Origin: a virus
Lineage: Duplodnaviria > Caudoviricetes
DNA: 64,000 bases
Reading direction: 5' to 3' (one strand)
IMG/VR virus record: IMGVR_UViG_3300037047_000216
Span: 1-64,000 of that record
Shown here: in pieces, positions 62,246-64,000 of the stretch
How the letters are laid out: each line of letters begins with the position of its first letter
Position numbering within the stretch: the stretch's first letter is position 1
Made by a program: the position numbers and the translations under genes
The notes under the pieces: generated by a model
Databases searched by the model: none
The model's input: the letters and a program-made list of their open reading frames with translations, nothing else
What the model was told of the DNA's origin: nothing

Positions 62246-63727
62246 AAGGATCTGCTGTTCCCGTTCGGCCGTCAACTTTTCGATCAGTGCCTTGGTCGCC
62301 GGGCTGTGGATGACCCGGCAGGGTGCGTTCTGGCTGAACGCGGCGGCCCATGCCTGCTGCGCCCGGTAGTCGTAACCCTTGTCCGTCAGCAGGACGTAAC
62401 CCTCCGGGGGCGTCTCCCCGAACTGGCCGATCATGCCCTCTTCCCGCTCCATCCCGTTCCACGTCCAGGGATCGGGGCGGAAAATCACGGGGCACCCCGG
62501 GACCGAACCCTTGCCGGGCGTACCGGAGAACTTCATCCGGGGGTTGCATCCGGACATGGTCAGCTTGTAGACCGCGGAGGCCACGTCTCGGCTGTACGGC
62601 GACCGGGACGGGCCGGACACGATGAATCCGCCGTAACCGTAGAACCGCCGGGAAGCCGCGAGTCCGAGGTTCTCACAGAGGAGTTCGTTCCGAACGGTAC
62701 GCTCCGCCGTGTACCCGTCCTCGAAAATGTAATTCGGTCGGATGCCGAATTCCTTCTCTGCCGCGAGGAACCGCCGAAGCTGGTCGTCCTGATCCCCCGA
62801 GTCGAATCGGACGGAACAGGGGCGGCTGAGATCCTCCCGCATCACCTGGATGGCTGCCGGGATCCCGGAGCGGATCGGGTCGTACGTGTCGAACAGGTAG
62901 CTGGGCGGTTCCGGACGCATGTCGCGGATGGCGCGGAACCCATCCAGATCCGAACCCCAGCGCTGCTGGTGCTCGTGCCCGGTCGTTCCCACCGGGATCA
63001 TGTAGAGTTCCCAGGCCAGGAACACGTTCGAGGTCTTGTTGATGCCGTACTTCCGGCAGACCTTCAGGGCGATCCGGTGCTGCTGGATGCAGGTCGCGGC
63101 GCGCATCCCGACTTCGAACGCCCGTTCCCCCTGACTTTCGAGCGCCTGGAGGATCTCCCGGACACGGCTCCCGACATCGGTCTCGTAAGCGTTCTGATCG
63201 ACCCTGATCTCAACGGTCCTCCCGAGCGCCTCCGCCACCAGCCGGATGATGGTTGCCTCGTCCTCGCACGTGACGTCGAAAGTCTGCACCCCGTTCATCA
63301 TCGCCGTGGCGACCTGGATGGGGTAGTGCAGCATGATGCTGAGGGGTTCGAGCCAGGAGGCGAGGAACTGCGGTCCCTTGACCGTGAACACCGGCTCGCC
63401 GCCCAGCACCCACGTGCCCTGCTTGATGGCATGGATTTCCAGCGGTTTGGTCAGGGCGACCTCTTCCGCCGGATTCATCCCGTAACCGTTCGCCGTGAGG
63501 AACGCCTGCTCCTTGCTGTTGGCCGGTTCGGGCACCAGCAGGCGGACGATTTTCTCCATGTCGAACGGGATGTACCAGGGGCCTCCCTTGCGCAGGACGA
63601 GGTAGAACTTCTCGGGGCGCAGCGGGGCTCCCGCCTGCGACATGGCGAACTTGTATGCGTCGGACATCAGAGTCGACGGACGGTCGCGTCCGATGAGCGC
63701 TCGAACGAATGCTTGCTCGCGGTCCAT
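62222..63727 (-). CDS. pncB: nicotinate phosphoribosyltransferase (type II PRTase)
   Basis: SDAYK, GMR, TSNV, GTTGHE (PncB-type GTxxH), DTYD, VRFDSGD, VYKL. Confidence 0.8.
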   Translation of the reverse strand: MDREQAFVRALIGRDRPSTLMSDAYKFAMSQAGAPLRPEKFYLVLRKGGPWYIPFDMEKIVRLLVPEPANSKEQAFLTANGYGMNPAEEVALTKPLEIHAIKQGTWVLGGEPVFTVKGPQFLASWLEPLSIMLHYPIQVATAMMNGVQTFDVTCEDEATIIRLVAEALGRTVEIRVDQNAYETDVGSRVREILQALESQGERAFEVGMRAATCIQQHRIALKVCRKYGINKTSNVFLAWELYMIPVGTTGHEHQQRWGSDLDGFRAIRDMRPEPPSYLFDTYDPIRSGIPAAIQVMREDLSRPCSVRFDSGDQDDQLRRFLAAEKEFGIRPNYIFEDGYTAERTVRNELLCENLGLAASRRFYGYGGFIVSGPSRSPYSRDVASAVYKLTMSGCNPRMKFSGTPGKGSVPGCPVIFRPDPWTWNGMEREEGMIGQFGETPPEGYVLLTDKGYDYRAQQAWAAAFSQNAPCRVIHSPATKALIEKLTAEREQQILGIMQNAA

Positions 63728-63760
63728 GAATTCCCCTCGTCTCCCCGACCTTCCGAAACG

Positions 63761-63798
63761 GTGTATCTCTTACACAGATAGCCGTGTCAAGGGTACAC
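63761..63798. promoter_or_regulatory. two tandem NrtR-type operators
   Basis: GTGT-ATCTCTT-ACAC (63761-63775) and GTGT-CAAGGGT-ACAC (63784-63798), GT-N7-AC core. Confidence 0.7.
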
Positions 63799-63844
63799 CG
63801 TTCTTTTTGGCGTCCAGGGGGTGCTTTTTTGCCCTCACCCTCAG

Positions 63845-63872
63845 ATACTCTGACCCCAGCGAGGATGATCCC
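63845..63872 (-). promoter_or_regulatory. phage promoter motif upstream of pncB
   Basis: GGGATCATC-N13-GAGTAT. Confidence 0.7.
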
Positions 63873-63907
63873 AGATCCTGCACGAAGGTGCAGGTGGCTG
63901 GTTTTTC

Positions 63908-63935
63908 GGGATCATTCCCGATCTTTTCAGAGTAG
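63908..63935 (+). promoter_or_regulatory. phage promoter motif, divergent
   Basis: GGGATCATT-N13-GAGTAG. Confidence 0.7.
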
Positions 63936-64000
63936 TCTAGATGGACGGGGACGGGGAACCCCGCTGAGGAAATGATGGCTCGCCAGTTCACGCCGCGCGA

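Noticed and set aside
62222-63727. Nampt of the known NARP2 pathway
   Set aside because: Has the PncB-type GTxxH motif and sits with a nicotinamidase and NadE, which only make sense for a nicotinate route; still needs a substrate assay
59927-63781. plus-strand ORFs of 424 and 491 aa
   Set aside because: Antisense shadows of pncA, nadE and pncB

Overview
Accessory region of a GC-rich jumbo ('huge') bacteriophage genome. No rRNA or CRISPR array was found; most genes are on the minus strand. It holds about 40 canonical tRNA genes (one interrupted by a group I intron, two split by HNH genes), a tmRNA and a translation/RNA-repair toolkit (Pth2, RNase Z, Thg1, an RNA ligase end, a Ro60-like TROVE-vWA protein). 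A bipartite motif GGGATCAT(C/T)-N13-GAGTAG recurs 23 times, mostly upstream of genes, and is probably a phage promoter. Three candidate systems stand out. (1) A complete deamidating NAD+ salvage route (PncA-PncB-NadD-NadE) with NrtR, tandem NrtR-type operators, an ADP-ribosylglycohydrolase and a vWA-PP2C-kinase triad. (2) A ubiquitin-like conjugation operon (E2-like, JAB, Ubl ending RFA, E1). (3) A Ro60-like protein next to an array of non-canonical tRNA-mimic and other structured ncRNAs. All protein calls come from motif recognition and all RNA folds were made by eye; no database search or folding program was run.
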